Below, piece after piece: positions 62,324 through 64,000 of a DNA stretch of 64,000 nt. The notes beneath the pieces are model-generated. The model was not told the DNA's origin. It ran no database searches and was given only the letters and a program-made list of their open reading frames with translations. Numbering within the stretch: position 1 is the first letter of the stretch; every line of letters begins with the position of its first letter. Source of the DNA: Marsupella aquatica (taxonomy: Eukaryota; Plantae; Marchantiophyta); NCBI GenBank assembly GCA_973895155.1, contig OZ316892.1:16172357-16236356 (forward strand), written 5' to 3'. The position numbers and the translations under genes were made by a program.

Positions 62324-62822
62324 TTTTTGCTTACACACTGGAGAAATTATGTTTCTACCACTCCTGATTGATTGTTTGTGAGTTACATTGAGCATTACCG
62401 CCACAAGATAGACTGAAGGACAACACTCAGTTGTTGGCGAAAGAGCGCTTGTCAATTTTATGGGAAGAATGCACAAAATGAACGAGCCATCACTTCACAT
62501 GAAGGATTTGTAGTTTTTTTATTTAGGAAAACTATGGTGTGAGGGGGGGACCAAAAATTATTTCTTTGACACAGAGGCTGCATTTGGCGTCAACCTGTGT
62601 TCAGAGCTTCAGTTGAAGACTGGAGGGATGCGAACAATTTAAGTCGGGAAGCAAGCATTGTGGACAAGCAATGGCGATGTAATCAAAGAAATCAATTTGC
62701 AACGGCTAAGTTTGTGACGGTGATGAGATTGTGATATCTCTTAATCGAAAAAGGGTTTCCAATGAGCCTTAGATTGACAAATTTTGTCAAGTTCCAAATG
62801 AATTTTTGAATTTTTTTGCCTT
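62324..62822 (+). repeat. Interspersed repeat, copy 2 (same orientation as 10265-10767)
   Basis: Colinear match to copy 1 over ~500 bp. Confidence 0.9.
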
Positions 62823-63465
62823 CTCATGGGGGTCCGTAATTAATGATGTAAACCATAGTTGACCATCAGTTGTGGAAGTACATACTTAGGACTTCAATAG
62901 GCAATAATATAGCACTAAACTTAACTGAAGGACTTAACTGAAGGCCAGACTTGGCAACCTTGATTCAAATAAACACCAGCCCCAATTAACACCAGCCCCC
63001 TTACAGATTGTTTACTGATTTTTTCAATTTACTATTTTGTTGCACACCCTTGGAATGAAATGTATTTTAGTCAGTCAGTCTATGCATTCCAATTTGGCCC
63101 AAAATTCATAGTTTAGGTGATGCATTTAATTTCATTCTAGCATAATAAGCTAGTGTGGCTAGATTTCATGATTGTGGCATTTTACTCTGCAGCTCTTGAT
63201 TAATACAGCTCTTGATTACCCAACTTTGAACCATACTATGTCTAAATAGCTCAATTGTCTAAATAGCCAATGCCCCTGCGTTGCATAGTACTGTTGAACA
63301 ATATGTGATATTGTGGGGAAGTGTTGTCAAATACAAGTGAGTGAGATGGCTAGGTAATTGGACATTAAGGGGAGTCAGCAAGTCGCTCTGACAACTAGTC
63401 AAGGAGCCAAGTAGTCAAGGAGCTGCACCACAAGTCGGTTTGACAACTAGTCAAGGAGCAGCACA

Positions 63466-63570
63466 GAGAGTGACCGGTTGGGTGCAAAAAAGGGCATGCA
63501 TTGAGAGTGACAGGTTTGGTGCCAAAAAGGGCATGCATGGAGAGTGACAGGTTTGGTGCCAAAAAGGGCA
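63466..63570. repeat. 37-bp minisatellite, ~2.8 copies
   Basis: gagagtgacaggtttggtgccaaaaagggcatgcat units start at 63466, 63503 and 63540, with no spacers. Confidence 0.92.
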
Positions 63571-64000
63571 CCTTTCCATGGCCATCTCATGGTCACAAAA
63601 CAATCCGTACTCAAATGATCAGGGAGGCTTTCCCAGAATGACATTTCGAGAAAGAAAAATAGTGGGATTGCAGAATTAGGTAGATATCTGGGAGAGTGGG
63701 ATGTACGAGGTTGAAGTAGCAATTTGTAGACTGCTAGCCTTTCTATAGGCTGAATTTGACAACCTACAAAACCAACATCAATTATGAGATTCATTTTGTT
63801 GAATAAATATGACACAGAGGAAGGACTGATGGAACGTAGATGGACAAATGATCTTGGCATAGAAGGTGCCCACCAACCAAACTACAGGATCAACTCTCAC
63901 GGGCAGCCTCACCATAATAGACAGATGTCTTTCGAAAATGGGAGAACTACTTTCAAGTATTCGGAGGAGATGTCATAATGTGCAAATTGAAGACGGCAAA

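Noticed and set aside
63466-63570. 37-bp repeats as a CRISPR array
   Set aside because: Head-to-tail copies with no unique spacers, eukaryotic context, no cas genes.

Overview
Eukaryotic nuclear DNA from a land plant with flagellated sperm. An intact axonemal dynein gene rules out flowering plants; a liverwort or other bryophyte is my inference. There are three host genes: VPS26C/DSCR3-like (minus strand, 11 exons, 316 aa), an intronless group-S-type bZIP (plus strand, divergent from VPS26C) and a ~41-exon single-headed inner-arm dynein heavy chain (minus strand, 28187-58903, about 4,170 aa). Transposon content: the right part of a CACTA (En/Spm) element inserted into a LINE ORF2, a second internally deleted LINE on the minus strand, and two diverged ~500-bp direct repeats 52 kb apart that bracket all three genes. 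The most notable observations are (1) an ~850-bp organelle-like insert carrying a group II intron domain V in sense orientation inside a spliceosomal intron of the dynein, (2) a compact candidate pseudoknot at 27266-27380, (3) a perfect 20-bp hairpin just after the stop codon of the decayed LINE, (4) a CAG|GTAAGT recursive-splice-type site at a 96-nt in-frame VPS26C exon, and (5) many short tandem duplications, one of which is in the bZIP coding sequence. All analysis was by eye, with no database searches or folding programs. I found no convincing wholly new multi-gene system.
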